64,000 nucleotides of DNA from an uncultured Planctomycetaceae bacterium (GCA_963833985.1 CAWIAD010000001.1:1952001-2016000); one strand, 5' to 3'. Positions 32,244-43,086 are shown, counted from the first letter of the stretch. Notes: generated by a model from the sequence alone, not told the origin. Made by a program: numbers and translations.

Positions 32244-32639
32244 GTGACGCGCCTCTTTGCCGGAACTCCCTGGGACCGCCCGCCCACCTGCGAGCGCTGC
32301 GGCAAGCCGGAAGCCGAGTGCGACTGCCCGCCGCCGGTCCCCGCGGCGAAGCTCCTGCCTCCGGAAAGTCAGACCGCGCGGCTGAGCCTGGAGAAGCGTC
32401 CCAGGGGGAAGGTGGTGACCGTCATCGCGGCACTTGACCCCGCGGGGAACGATCTGCCGGCCCTTGCGGCCCGGCTCAAGTCTCAGTGCGGTACAGGGGG
32501 CACGCTCAAGGACGGGCGGATCGAGCTCCAGGGAGACCATCTGCAAGCAGCGGACTCAGCGCTTCAGACGCTCGGGTACAGGACCCGGCGCAGCCTGAGG
32601 CTTCGCGCCCGGAACCAGCGAGGAACCGAGAAACGATGA
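32244..32639 (+). CDS. yciH: Translation initiation factor SUI1/YciH with N-terminal Cys cluster
   Basis: EKR.RGK.VT.I and LK..CG.GGT.KDG.IELQGDH motifs. Confidence 0.88.
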   Translation: MTRLFAGTPWDRPPTCERCGKPEAECDCPPPVPAAKLLPPESQTARLSLEKRPRGKVVTVIAALDPAGNDLPALAARLKSQCGTGGTLKDGRIELQGDHLQAADSALQTLGYRTRRSLRLRARNQRGTEKR

Positions 32640-34819
32640 AGTTGCCTGCCATGCCGTTGATGCTCGGGGTGCTGGCGGTCCTGGCGATCGCCTACCGTTA
32701 TTACAGTGCCTTCCTGGCGGCGCGGGTGGCCGTGCTGGATGATACCCGGGAGACCCCGGCGCACCGCTTCCGCGACGGCCAGAACTTCGACCCCACGAAC
32801 CGCTGGGTCCTCTTCGGCCATCACTTCGCGGCCATCTCCGGGGCCGGTCCGCTCATCGGTCCGGTGCTGGCCATCCAGTTCGGTTATGTTCCGGGGCTGA
32901 TCTGGCTGGTCGTCGGCGTTTGCCTTGCCGGCGCGGTGCAGGACATGATGGTCCTGGCGCTCTCGACCCGCAACGGCGGCCAGAGCCTGGCCAGCCTGGC
33001 GCGGACGGAGATCGGCCGGCCCGCCGGCATCGCCGCCACGGTGGCCATCCTCTACATCATCATCATCGCCCTCGCCGGGCTGGGGATCGTGGTGGTCAAG
33101 GCCCTGGGCGGAGAGGAGGTGCCCCTCAAGGCGGGCACGGTGCTGACCTATCCGCCCCGCGCGGACATCTCCATCCACATGAAGCGGGGCGGTCCCCGCA
33201 TCTATGACATTCCGGCGGAGTCCTCCTACCGGTTCGGCGACACTCCGGAACAGTCGATGGTCGTGCACGAGCCCTTCAAGCTGGCGCTTCCCGCGTCTTC
33301 TAGCATGAAGCTGGACGCTCAGGGCAAGGGGTTCATCCTGCCGGAGAACGCCAGGCGTCTGGTGCCGGGCAGCTCCTGGGGAACCTTCACCATCGCCTGC
33401 ACCATTCCCATCGCGCTCTTCGTCGGCTGGTACATGTACCGCTTGCGCAAGGGAAAAGTGATCGAGGCGTCGATCATCGGCGGCGTGGCCGTGGTGGGGG
33501 CCACGGTGGCAGGCGCCCTGGTGCCCGGCTCGCCCCTGGAGCCGTACTGCTCGCTCTCGCGCGACGGTACGGTCCTCGCCCTGGCGGCCTATGGCTTCAT
33601 CGCGGCCGTGCTGCCGGTGTGGCTGCTGCTCTGCCCGCGTGATTACCTTTCCAGCTTCCTGAAGATCGGCACGATCTTCCTGCTGGTGGCCGGTGTGATC
33701 GTGGCGAACCCGAGACTGGAGGCGCCCACGGTCAGCCCGTTCTTTGCCTGGGGAGGAGGGCCCTATTTCGACGGGCCAATTTTCCCCTACGTTTTCATAT
33801 GCATCATGTGCGGGGCAATTTCCGGCTTCCACTCGCTTGTCTCCTCTGGCACCACGCCCAAGATGGTGAGCAGGGAGAGCGACATCCGGATGATCGGCTA
33901 CGGCGCCATGTTGATGGAGGGCCTGGTGGGAGTGGTGGCGCTCATCGCCGCAGCGGCGCTGCCCAGCTCGATGTACTACGACATCAATATCGACCTGGGC
34001 AAGCGGCCCGCCTTCATGGCGCGCCATCCGGACTTCGCCCGGTTCTTGAAGGCGTCCGAGTTCGACCCCCACGGAGCCCTGGAGCCGGGGCAGGCCGGCA
34101 AGCCAGCGGCCGGCAGCGAGCTGGTGGTGATGGAGCAGGACGTGGGCGAATCTCTGCACGGCCGGACCGGCGGAGCGGTGACGCTGGCGGTGGGCATGGC
34201 CCGCATTTTTTCGAACGCGATCCCGGGTGCGCGCTGGCTCATTGCCTACTGGTACCATTTCGCCATCATGTTCGAGGCGCTGTTCATCCTGACGACGATC
34301 GACGCCGGCACGCGGATCGCGCGGTTCCTGGTGCAGGAGTTCCTGGGCCGGCTGTGGCGGCCGCTGGGCAATCTGGACTGGCTGCCGGCCGCGATGCTCG
34401 CCACCGGGCTGGTCGTGCTGGGCTGGGGCTACTTCATCTGGGCCGGTTCGGTGGAGACCATCTGGCCGATGTTCGGCATGGCCAATCAGCTTCTGGCCGT
34501 GATCGCGCTGGCGGTAGTGACCACGGGGCTGGTGAACGCCGGGCGCCGGCGGTATGCGGCCGTCACCCTGCTGCCGATGCTCTTCGTGGCAACGACGACG
34601 ACGACGACCGGCTATTACGAGATCACGGGCAAGTTCTGGAACATGGTCCAGGCCGGCCAGGCCCTGCGCGGCTGGCTGAACATCGGGCTGACGATCATGC
34701 TGCTGGTCTGCGCCGCGGTCATTCTGGGCACGGCGGCGGTGCGATGGGTCGCCGGGCCGGGGGCGTCGTCCAGGCCTGCCGAGGGAAAGCCGGGCCTGGT
34801 GACCGAAGGCGCTTCATGA
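32636..34819 (+). CDS. cstA: Carbon starvation protein A family transporter
   Basis: LFGHHFAAISGAGPL.GPVLA, PVWLLL.PRDYLSS, CGAISGFH, GRTGGAVTLA and IWPMFG.ANQLLA motifs. Confidence 0.93.
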   Translation: MKLPAMPLMLGVLAVLAIAYRYYSAFLAARVAVLDDTRETPAHRFRDGQNFDPTNRWVLFGHHFAAISGAGPLIGPVLAIQFGYVPGLIWLVVGVCLAGAVQDMMVLALSTRNGGQSLASLARTEIGRPAGIAATVAILYIIIIALAGLGIVVVKALGGEEVPLKAGTVLTYPPRADISIHMKRGGPRIYDIPAESSYRFGDTPEQSMVVHEPFKLALPASSSMKLDAQGKGFILPENARRLVPGSSWGTFTIACTIPIALFVGWYMYRLRKGKVIEASIIGGVAVVGATVAGALVPGSPLEPYCSLSRDGTVLALAAYGFIAAVLPVWLLLCPRDYLSSFLKIGTIFLLVAGVIVANPRLEAPTVSPFFAWGGGPYFDGPIFPYVFICIMCGAISGFHSLVSSGTTPKMVSRESDIRMIGYGAMLMEGLVGVVALIAAAALPSSMYYDINIDLGKRPAFMARHPDFARFLKASEFDPHGALEPGQAGKPAAGSELVVMEQDVGESLHGRTGGAVTLAVGMARIFSNAIPGARWLIAYWYHFAIMFEALFILTTIDAGTRIARFLVQEFLGRLWRPLGNLDWLPAAMLATGLVVLGWGYFIWAGSVETIWPMFGMANQLLAVIALAVVTTGLVNAGRRRYAAVTLLPMLFVATTTTTTGYYEITGKFWNMVQAGQALRGWLNIGLTIMLLVCAAVILGTAAVRWVAGPGASSRPAEGKPGLVTEGAS

Positions 34820-36703
34820 GCCAGCGCGGGCAAGCCCCGCCGGCCTGCTCGGCTGGCCGTCGAAGGGGTGGACCACCGGGGCGACCAGGGTGGCGTCATG
34901 CACGAGGATGCCGCGCGGGCCGACGAGGAATGACCCCGCCCGGGCCACTTCCAGGTTGTAGACAAGCTGCCTGCGAGCGCGCGAGACCGAGGCCACCTTC
35001 ACGGTGCCGCCCAGCACCCGCAGGCGGTCGCCGGGGCTCAGCTCCCTGGCCATCTTCCAGCCCGCGCCGGCCAGCCAGAAGCGATGGATGTCCGTGGCGC
35101 TGACGGCCTCGCCGGTTTCCAGCTCCAGGCGCAGCACGTCGGCCGGCGGGTTGTGCAGCGTGGCCAGGACCGGTTCAAAGACGAGGTTGCCCGTGGTCGC
35201 GTCCTGCGCAAGCACCTGGTCGCCGATCTTCAGGTCCTCGATCGGGCGCAGGCCGGACCGGGTGTGCACCAGCGTGCCGGCGACGAAGCAGGAGTGGGGG
35301 CCGACCTGCTGGGTCTGGCTGACGTACATCACCGGCGGTGGCGGCGAAGCATAGGGTGCCGAGACTTCCTCCAGGACGACGGGCTTCGGCACGGGCTGGG
35401 AAGACGACACGTGGTAACCAAGCTCTTGGGTCCACCACCGCGTCCACACCTGCTGGTCCGGCCCGAAGGCCTTGCCGGTGAGCTCCTTCAGTGCGTACAG
35501 GACACGGCTATTGGTCACCTTGATGGGAAGGTTGGACTCCTCGATCTGCCGCAGGTCGGCGGCCACGCGCTGGCTCAGCGCGGCCCCGGCACTCTGGGAG
35601 TCCTCGCTACCACTCGAGGGCTGTGCGACGGCGCGCACCTCCTCGTTGAAGAGCGCGTAATGGCCGTTCGACTGCAAGCGCGACACCTGGCCGGAGCGGA
35701 CCAACTGGCCATTTCCGCTGCCGGTTCCCTGCGACGCCGAGCGGGCGGCCGGCACGGCGACGGCGTGGTAATGCCGTTCGATGACCGCCCGGGGATCTTC
35801 AATCTGCACCACGGCCTCGCCACTGGACTGCCCACGCGCGATCACCTGGTATTGCGTGGTTGCCTTGATGCCGTTGATCAGGAGCCCCACGTAGGTGCGC
35901 GGATCGAGCCGGCGCAGGAGGCGGATCGCGGCGTCGCGCGTGCCGGCATCCAGACCGGTCACAGCCAGACGGGCCAGGGCCTGGGCGGACTGGGGTGCGT
36001 CGATCCGCCCCAGCACGTAGACCGCCCAGCGCTGCGACTGGGGCTCACCATCGAACACCAGCGTGACGGGAGCGACGGCCTCCGGCTCATGAATCGCAGA
36101 GAGTTCGCGGATCGCGTCATCGCGGCGGGCCGGATTGACTAGCCAGTTTTTCCAGCGGATGAGCCGTGGCAGCCAGTGCCGATCGGCCTGGCCCTGGCGT
36201 TCCAGGTCGGCCGCCAGGCTGACGATCTCCTCCGGGCTCATCCAGCGGCCGTGATAGAAGCGGCAGCCCAGCCGCCTCCAGGCCGCGGAGTTCTGCGGGT
36301 CTAGCCGGGTCACCTGCGTCAGGTGCGCGATGGACTCCGCCTTCAGGCCATGCGCCTGGCACCAGAGGGCCAGGTCCCAGTGCGCCGGGGCCGTGTCGGG
36401 GATGGACTCTCGGCGTTGCTCGTACTCCGCGCGGAGGGCCGCCTCGTCGCTGTCGGAAAGCACGCGCTGCGACGCGTCCTGCTCCCGCACCCAGCGATCG
36501 CCAAGCTTCACCTGGCCGAGCAGCCCCCGGGCCGTGCTGTTCTCCGGCTCCGCCTCGACGGCAAGCTCCAGCAGGTGTTGCCGTTGGGCGTCCTGTCCGC
36601 GCTCTTCGCAAGCGATGGCCTGCTGGATGAGGTTGCTCGCGTTGGCCTCGGGCGGGGATGACGCCAAACCGAGGCAGACGGCCAGAGCGAAGAAAGCGGG
36701 CAT
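34814..36703 (-). CDS. Secreted helical-repeat protein with C-terminal Hint (PT-HINT-like) domain
   Basis: Signal peptide; CFVAGTLVHT..G.RPIE.L.IGD.V, T..H.FW and VYNLEV....F.VG..GILVHD blocks. Confidence 0.85.
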   Translation of the reverse strand: MPAFFALAVCLGLASSPPEANASNLIQQAIACEERGQDAQRQHLLELAVEAEPENSTARGLLGQVKLGDRWVREQDASQRVLSDSDEAALRAEYEQRRESIPDTAPAHWDLALWCQAHGLKAESIAHLTQVTRLDPQNSAAWRRLGCRFYHGRWMSPEEIVSLAADLERQGQADRHWLPRLIRWKNWLVNPARRDDAIRELSAIHEPEAVAPVTLVFDGEPQSQRWAVYVLGRIDAPQSAQALARLAVTGLDAGTRDAAIRLLRRLDPRTYVGLLINGIKATTQYQVIARGQSSGEAVVQIEDPRAVIERHYHAVAVPAARSASQGTGSGNGQLVRSGQVSRLQSNGHYALFNEEVRAVAQPSSGSEDSQSAGAALSQRVAADLRQIEESNLPIKVTNSRVLYALKELTGKAFGPDQQVWTRWWTQELGYHVSSSQPVPKPVVLEEVSAPYASPPPPVMYVSQTQQVGPHSCFVAGTLVHTRSGLRPIEDLKIGDQVLAQDATTGNLVFEPVLATLHNPPADVLRLELETGEAVSATDIHRFWLAGAGWKMARELSPGDRLRVLGGTVKVASVSRARRQLVYNLEVARAGSFLVGPRGILVHDATLVAPVVHPFDGQPSRPAGLARAGS

Positions 36704-36787
36704 GTGCGACCCTCCCAGGAAACCACCAGGAACGTCACCAGTAAGCTCATTCTAGGCGACGGTGCGGCCAGGCCTCAAGCGAGGCAT

Positions 36788-36899
36788 CTTCTAAATAGAT
36801 CCTCGCCTCTTGGAATGTGGGCCAGCCGCCCTCGGCTGGCTCAGGACGGCCGAGGGCGGCCGTTCCACACTTTCCCTCTTACGGGTAGCGATTTAGAAG
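36788..36899. repeat. REP doublet / hairpin element
   Basis: Imperfect inverted pair TGTGGGCCAGCCGCCCTCGGCTG and CGGCCGAGGGCGGCCGTTCCACA (36816-36869), enclosed by CTTCTAAAT and ATTTAGAAG. Confidence 0.65.
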
Positions 36900-36957
36900 T
36901 CCCGCGTGATCGGCGGAAGTCGGCCTGGCGGCAAGCCCGTCCATACCAGGGCTATGC

Positions 36958-38556
36958 TCACTTTTCGGCACCCGACCCGACGGGCGCAGCCGACAGGTGC
37001 CCGGCCGGAAATCGTGTCCCCAGAACGCTGTGGTGCATCCCGTAGAAGAGATAGATGAGCAGTCCGATGGCCATCCAGACAACAAGCCGGATCCAGGTCT
37101 CACCGGGAAGTGTCGCCATCAGCAGAACCGAGGAGAGTACTCCCATGGGCGCGGTGAAGTAGACAAGAGGGGTCCTGAAGGGCCGCTCCACTTCGGGTTG
37201 AGTGAGCCGCAGGTAGAGGACGCCAGCAGACACGACCGCGAAGGCGAACAGAGTGCCGATGGACGTCAACTCGCCTGCGACGTGAATCGGAATGGTGCCC
37301 GCCGCCGTCATGACGATCAGTCCGGTGATGATCGTGGTGATCCATGGCGTGCGAAACCGCGGGTGGATCTTCGAGACCGTCTTGGGCAGCAATCCGTCCT
37401 TGGCCATGGCGAAGAAGATGCGCGGCTGGCTCAAAAGCATGACCAGGATCACCGACGTCAGCCCGGCGATGGCCCCAATCTTGACGATCGTGGAAAACCA
37501 CTTCAGTCCCATCGCGTCGATGGCGATGCCCACGGGGTCGGGCACGCTCAGAAGCTTGTAGCTGACCACGCCCGTCATGACGATGGCGCCCAGGATGTAG
37601 AGAATCGTACAGATGATCAGTGAGCCGATGATCCCGATGGGCATGTCACGCTGCGGGTTCTTGGCTTCCTGGGCGGTGGTGGAGACGGCGTCAAAGCCGA
37701 TGTACGCGAAGAAGACGACACCCGCTCCCCGGAAGACTCCGCTCCACCCGTAATGGCCGAACACGCCGGTATTGTCGGGGATGAACTTGCCTCCCCAATT
37801 GTCGGTCGTGAAGAAGCGAAAGCCCAGCGCGATGAACAGGATGACGATCACCACCTTGATGACCACGATCACGTTATTCACCCGCGCCGATTCCTGGATG
37901 CCGATGACCAGAAGCGTTGTGACCAGTGCGACGATGATCATGGCCGGAACGTTGATCACCGCGGTGTCAATCGGGAAAGCGGAATAGTCGATGCCGCTAT
38001 CGTGAAGCAACTTGGAGAGGGCATCAGTGAGCGCGGTCCAGCCGTGGCGCATGTGCAACTGGTCGGCCACCGCATCGGGAAGCTCGATCATGCGCGTGCC
38101 GTACGACGAGACGAATCGAGCGGGAAGGTCGATGCCGTAATCGTGCAGGAGGCTGACGACATATCCCGACCAGCCGATCGCGACGCCGGTCGCTCCCACC
38201 ATGTATTCCAGGATCAGGTCCCAGCCGATGAGCCAGGCGACGAATTCACCCATCGTGGCGTAGGCGTAAGTATAAGCCGATCCGGCGATGGGAACCGTCG
38301 AGGCCATCTCGGCGTAGCAGAGGCCGGCGAAGGCACAGGCGATTCCGCCCAGGGCAAAGGAGATGGCCACGGCCGGCCCGGCGTTATTGGCGGCCGCGGT
38401 GCCGGTGTAGACGAAGAAGCCGGCACCGATGATCGCGCCGATGCCCAGCATGACCAGGTTGGTGGCGGTGAGCGTACGTTTCAGACCGTGCTCATGGCTC
38501 TCGGCCGCTTCGGCCTTGAGCGCGGAAATGGACTTGCGAACCCACAGGTTGGCCAT
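36958..38556 (-). CDS. APC family amino acid permease
   Basis: LGIGAIIGAG, CYAEMAS.VP.AGSAYTY, FFAYIGFDAVST.AQE.KNPQRD and SIGTL.AF motifs. Confidence 0.94.
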   Translation of the reverse strand: MANLWVRKSISALKAEAAESHEHGLKRTLTATNLVMLGIGAIIGAGFFVYTGTAAANNAGPAVAISFALGGIACAFAGLCYAEMASTVPIAGSAYTYAYATMGEFVAWLIGWDLILEYMVGATGVAIGWSGYVVSLLHDYGIDLPARFVSSYGTRMIELPDAVADQLHMRHGWTALTDALSKLLHDSGIDYSAFPIDTAVINVPAMIIVALVTTLLVIGIQESARVNNVIVVIKVVIVILFIALGFRFFTTDNWGGKFIPDNTGVFGHYGWSGVFRGAGVVFFAYIGFDAVSTTAQEAKNPQRDMPIGIIGSLIICTILYILGAIVMTGVVSYKLLSVPDPVGIAIDAMGLKWFSTIVKIGAIAGLTSVILVMLLSQPRIFFAMAKDGLLPKTVSKIHPRFRTPWITTIITGLIVMTAAGTIPIHVAGELTSIGTLFAFAVVSAGVLYLRLTQPEVERPFRTPLVYFTAPMGVLSSVLLMATLPGETWIRLVVWMAIGLLIYLFYGMHHSVLGTRFPAGHLSAAPVGSGAEK

Positions 38557-38722
38557 CGTTGCGTATCTCTCGTCGGGTCAGGAAGTGAGGGATTCCGAAG
38601 CGCCGCGGTTCCTGGCTGTGGGCTTGCATCGAGTCGCTCGTGCGGACTCTTGCCCGGACCAGCCGTCACGCGCGGGGAGGGGCGGACGGCTGGAACGGAG
38701 GACTATACCACAAGATCGGTCC

Positions 38723-39350
38723 TCAAGGTAACTCCTGAACCTCGATCTTGCGGATCTCCACCCGGCTCCCCGGATCGTGCTGCTGGAAGGCGAAATGGCC
38801 CTCCTTCCAGGCGTTGCTGTGATCCAGATACTCGTACAGCAGCTTGCCGTTGATGGATATTTTGATGTGCGGGATCGTGCTGCCGCGAAACTCGCGGGTG
38901 ATGCACTCGATCTCATAGGTGAACCAGGTGTCCGGGGGCACGAGCTGATCGTAGAGGTGCACGAAGGTGTAGAGCGAGCCGGTGCGGATCGGGTCGCGGT
39001 GGGTGCTGTCCACCTGGGCCTCGTAGCCCTCGCCGAAGCTGCCGTTCGGCGTCGGGCAGCGGAAGTAGACGCCGGAGTTGCCGTGGTCGTTGATCCTCAG
39101 CTCGGTGCGAAACTTGAAGTTCTTGTAGGTCTTGGGGCTGTAGAGCATGGACGAGTTGCCGGTGCCGACGATGGCGCCGTCCTTCACGTCCCAGCTACTG
39201 TTTTCGCTGCCGGCCTTGGTCCAGCCGGAGAGCGTGCTGCCGTCGAAGAGCGAGACCCACTGGGCCTCCTCGGCGCTTCGAGCAGGTCGTGGACAGGGCC
39301 GTGAGGGCCAGTGCCACAAGACATCCGCAGGTGGTTGGAAAGCGTTTCAT
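38723..39350 (-). CDS. DUF1080 (3-keto-disaccharide hydrolase-like) protein; signal peptide apparently frameshifted near 39285
   Basis: W.SLFDG.TL.GW, GNSGVYFR, YE.Q.D, GH.A.QQH and I.KI..ELP motifs. Confidence 0.82.
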
Positions 39351-39892
39351 GAAGTGGGATCTTCCTTTCATGGAGAGCGGCTCGTGCCGCGGGGCGGGCC
39401 TGGTACAGAACGCGCCTGGGTGCCGCCCGCTGTGCTCGACGGCCCGGGAAGTCCCCGGCCGTGACCCGCGGAAGGCTCCGGAGCGCCTACGTGATTGCCT
39501 GAACGGCAGCCATGTGTAGCGAGTCTAAGCCATTGGCAGGGGGCGGGCCAGAGCCTACTCAAGTGAGCATGGCGTGGGGCCGAAGCCATGAAAATCACCG
39601 AGTTCGCCGCGGGCGGTTTCGCTGGTCCACAATCCGCGCCTGCCCGCTTCGGCCGTGGAGAGACCAACGGTCCTGGTCTGGGGCCTGTTCATGGCGGAAG
39701 TGCACGTGCATCGCGAGGTCCGCCGGGTTTCCCGAATCCGATGACCTCGCGGCCCACGAGCGGCCGTCTCGCGGTGTGCACCCGGTGCGCCTCTGGCATC
39801 GGCCCTGATGCGGCATTACCATGAGACACGGTCAAACCCGCGACCCTGCTCGTATCGAGCGCGGCTTTCCTGCTCATCCACAGGTGCCAACC

Positions 39893-40630
39893 ATGAGAAA
39901 TTGCAAGATCATCACGCGGCGAGTTCTGTTGATTGGACTGGGGCTCTCGGGCTGCCTCGCGCCCGTGCCGAGGCTGCTCGCACAGGCGCCGGACAGCGTC
40001 ACTCCCGCACCGCGCGAGGGGTGGTGGATGAAGATGCACGAGCAGTTTCTCGAGCAGGCCAAGAAGGGGAACATCGACCTGCTGTTCCTGGGCGACTCGA
40101 TCACCCAGGGATGGAACAACAACGACGTCTGGAGGCGCTATTACGGGCCGCGGCACGCGGCGAACTTCGGAATTGGCGGCGACCAGACGCAGCACGTCCT
40201 CTGGAGGCTCGAGCACGGAGAGGTCGACGGCATTCACCCCAAGGTCGCGGTCCTCATGATCGGCACGAACAACTCGGGGCACAACTCGGCCGACGAGATC
40301 GCCGCGGGCGTCACGGCCATTGTCAAGGACCTGCGCAAGCGGCTGCCCGAGACGAAGATCCTTCTGCTGGGCGTCTTTCCGCGCGGCGCCAAACCTGACG
40401 AGACGCGCGAGAAGCTGGACCAGGTGAACCGCCAGATCGCCCACCTGGACGACGGGTCGAACGTCACCTATCTCGATATCGGCAAGGCGTTCCTGAACCC
40501 CGATGGCACGATTTCACGCGAGATCATGCCCGATTACCTGCATCTGACCGCCCGGGGATACCGGCTCTGGGCCGACGCCATGGAGCCGACGCTCTGGCGA
40601 CTGCTCGATGAGCCCCAGGTGAAGCACTGA
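39893..40630 (+). CDS. SGNH/GDSL esterase (PAF-acetylhydrolase Ib-like)
   Basis: FLGDSIT, NFGIGGD.TQH, MIGTNN and D.LH motifs. Confidence 0.92.
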   Translation: MRNCKIITRRVLLIGLGLSGCLAPVPRLLAQAPDSVTPAPREGWWMKMHEQFLEQAKKGNIDLLFLGDSITQGWNNNDVWRRYYGPRHAANFGIGGDQTQHVLWRLEHGEVDGIHPKVAVLMIGTNNSGHNSADEIAAGVTAIVKDLRKRLPETKILLLGVFPRGAKPDETREKLDQVNRQIAHLDDGSNVTYLDIGKAFLNPDGTISREIMPDYLHLTARGYRLWADAMEPTLWRLLDEPQVKH

Positions 40631-40654
40631 GCCAGGCACGGGCCTGAAGCCGGA

Positions 40655-41443
40655 TCACGTATCGAAGAGGTCCGAGGCCTTCAGCTTCGGCAGATCGCCC
40701 CAGCTCGCGATCTCGTCGGCGAAGGGATGACCGGTACTCTCACGCTGGCTGCCGGACTGCACGCGCAGGGTGGCCGCGGCCAGCCTGAGATCTTCCTGGG
40801 TCGTCAGCTTGAGGTTCAGGGGCGAGCCCGGCACGATCGCGCAGCGGTGGCCGAGCGCCTCGACAAGCTGGGTGTCGTCGGTGACCTCGGCGCCCGCGGC
40901 TCCGCGCCGGGCGTAGGCCTGCTCGAGCCAGTCGCGGCGGAACGCCTGCGGCGTCTGGGCCAGGTAAAGGTTGCGGCGCGCGACCGTCTCGGTGGTGAAG
41001 CGGTCATCGCCGGCACGCTTGATCGTGTCGCTCACGGGCGTGGCCAGGAGCGCGGCACCATGCTCCCGGGCGGCCGCGAACACGGCGCTGACCATGGCCT
41101 CGGTAAGGCAGGGGCGGGCCGCGTCGTGGATGGCCACGAACTGGCAGAGGGGACGCACTCGTTCGAGCGCTCGGGCGATGGTGTCAGATCGTTCCGCCCC
41201 GCCGTCGATGACGTCGAGGTTCAGGAAGGCGGCCTTGTCGCGGTAGCGCCGCTCGAACAGCTCGCGGTCCTCCGGCGCAATCGCGACGATGATCTGCTCG
41301 ACGTCCCCGTGCGTGAGGAAGGGCTCCAGCGCGCGCAGCCAGACCGCCCGGCCTTCCAGCTCGGTGTAGATCTTCTTCTGCTTCGGGTCCCCGAACCGCG
41401 TGGAACGCCCGGCGGCGGCGAGGATCACGGCGAACTGGCCCAT
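40655..41443 (-). CDS. ispD: 2-C-methyl-D-erythritol 4-phosphate cytidylyltransferase
   Basis: AAAGRS.RF, GG.ERS, IHDAARP, DTIK, AQTPQ.F, TDD and N.K.T motifs. Confidence 0.93.
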   Translation of the reverse strand: MGQFAVILAAAGRSTRFGDPKQKKIYTELEGRAVWLRALEPFLTHGDVEQIIVAIAPEDRELFERRYRDKAAFLNLDVIDGGAERSDTIARALERVRPLCQFVAIHDAARPCLTEAMVSAVFAAAREHGAALLATPVSDTIKRAGDDRFTTETVARRNLYLAQTPQAFRRDWLEQAYARRGAAGAEVTDDTQLVEALGHRCAIVPGSPLNLKLTTQEDLRLAAATLRVQSGSQRESTGHPFADEIASWGDLPKLKASDLFDT

Positions 41444-41749
41444 GGATCTGGCTCCTGGAATCGCGGTGACGTGCGGTGCTGGCCGGCATGCTTTGCCGCT
41501 CTCGGATTCGCCCTGATTGTGCGACCCCGTCAGACGCCAGTCAACTTGCCGCCGGATCAGGAGTTCGGGAATTGCACCGGATCGCGGGGCGAGCCGCGGC
41601 TCGGCCGATTCGGAACCGTCCCGCCGACTCCGGCCTTGATCCGGCTGCGGGCAGTGCTTAGTGTCAGTGGATCGAGCGTCCCCGCGAGTCTGCCGCACGA
41701 GGGCACGTCACAGGCGCGGAGACGCAGGAGCCGAGGAGTCGAACGCGCG

Positions 41750-42577
41750 ATGGAGTGTCTAGGTCCCCAATGTGCCTCGATGCTGCTGGATTGGCTGAAG
41801 GCACGCGCGGCCGGGACGGAGCCGGGCAAGGAGGGCCAGGCGCCCGCCGATGCACCGCGCCAGGGATGGCTCTGGCCCCTGGCTTCCTACAATGAAGACT
41901 CGCCCGTGATCACCTCCCTGGCGGAGTTCACCGCGGCGCTCGAGCACCTGCATTACGCGGTCTTCCGCCGGTTCGAGAACCAGCTCACTCGCGCGGAGCG
42001 CAACCGGCTGGACAACACGATCGAGAACGCGCTCTTCAAGATGGAGCGGTTCCTCGATCGTTGCGAACCCGAGCAGCGACCCACGCACAGCGCGGAGGTT
42101 GCCGGCATCCGCCGCTCGCTCACGGAAGGGCGTGAGCGAGTCGAGAAACAGCGGACCCTGGCGCGGCGGGCCGAGCTCAAGCTCGCCCAGCTCACCGCGC
42201 TGGCTCCCGAGACATTCGAGGACTTCGTGGCCGAGCTTTTCGAAGCCCTGGGTTACGAGGTCGAGCAAACCGGCGGCACGGGCGACGAGGGCGCGGACCT
42301 CCGGCTGCACCGGGGTGATCTGCGTGCGGTCGTCCAGTGCAAGTACCACAAGCGGAGCGTCGTGGGTTCGCCGGAGCTCCAGCGGTTCCTCGGCACCATC
42401 CACCACACCCGCAGCCACAAGGGCTTCTTCGTGACCACCAGCACATTTTCGCTGGCGGCCGAGAGGTTCGTCGCCGATCATCCGATCGAGCTCGTGGACG
42501 GAACCAGGCTCGTCGAGCTGGTCCAGGAGGCGCTTGGTCCCGGCGCACGCCGCGAGCGCGAGCCTGCCTGGTTCTGA
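41750..42577 (+). CDS. Mrr-like restriction endonuclease
   Basis: FE..VA.LF..LGY, GD.G.D, VQCK.H, VG...LQ.F.G and VTTS.F motifs; start uncertain (41780 possible). Confidence 0.85.
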   Translation: MECLGPQCASMLLDWLKARAAGTEPGKEGQAPADAPRQGWLWPLASYNEDSPVITSLAEFTAALEHLHYAVFRRFENQLTRAERNRLDNTIENALFKMERFLDRCEPEQRPTHSAEVAGIRRSLTEGRERVEKQRTLARRAELKLAQLTALAPETFEDFVAELFEALGYEVEQTGGTGDEGADLRLHRGDLRAVVQCKYHKRSVVGSPELQRFLGTIHHTRSHKGFFVTTSTFSLAAERFVADHPIELVDGTRLVELVQEALGPGARREREPAWF

Positions 42578-42846
42578 CGGCCTGGCGAAGGCGGCAGCCG
42601 GGTCGGCACATGTTCTGCATCGTCAAGATTCCGAGCCTCTCCCGCCTCGTCGGCCCGGTGCGGGCTTTGATCGGTGCGGTGAACTTTTCAGAAAAGTCTC
42701 TCAGCATTGTGAGTATCGGCGTCGTAGAATCAGTGTGAGCCACGGCGACACGGACGGCCGGCGGACATCGATACGCTGACCCCGCAGATTGCCGACCGGG
42801 ATGGACCCGATCACCACTCTGGCCTTCAGGCCAAGGAGGGATTGGT

Positions 42847-43086
42847 ATGTCGGCTCGAGCGCACCGAGGATCACTTCAGTCCCTCGAGCTCCCACCGGAG
42901 TTCGAGGACCTGACGGGGGTTATCCAGAACGACCTCAAGGTCATCGTCTCGATCCTGGCCGATCGCGCCTCGGAGCGGTTGCTGCTGTCGCCGCGACAGT
43001 CGGCACAGCTTCGACGTTCGCTCTGGAACAGCTTGACCGCGACGATCACCGAGACCCTTGAGCCGTTCTCGGTGGAACATCGCTGA
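42847..43086 (+). CDS. Small hypothetical protein
   Basis: AAGGAGG RBS; 79-aa helical-looking ORF. Confidence 0.65.
   Translation: MSARAHRGSLQSLELPPEFEDLTGVIQNDLKVIVSILADRASERLLLSPRQSAQLRRSLWNSLTATITETLEPFSVEHR

Noticed and set aside
40727..41749. N-terminal 340 codons of the 616-aa ORF ending in Mrr
   Set aside because: Mostly antisense to ispD; the Mrr gene more plausibly starts near 41750-41780.
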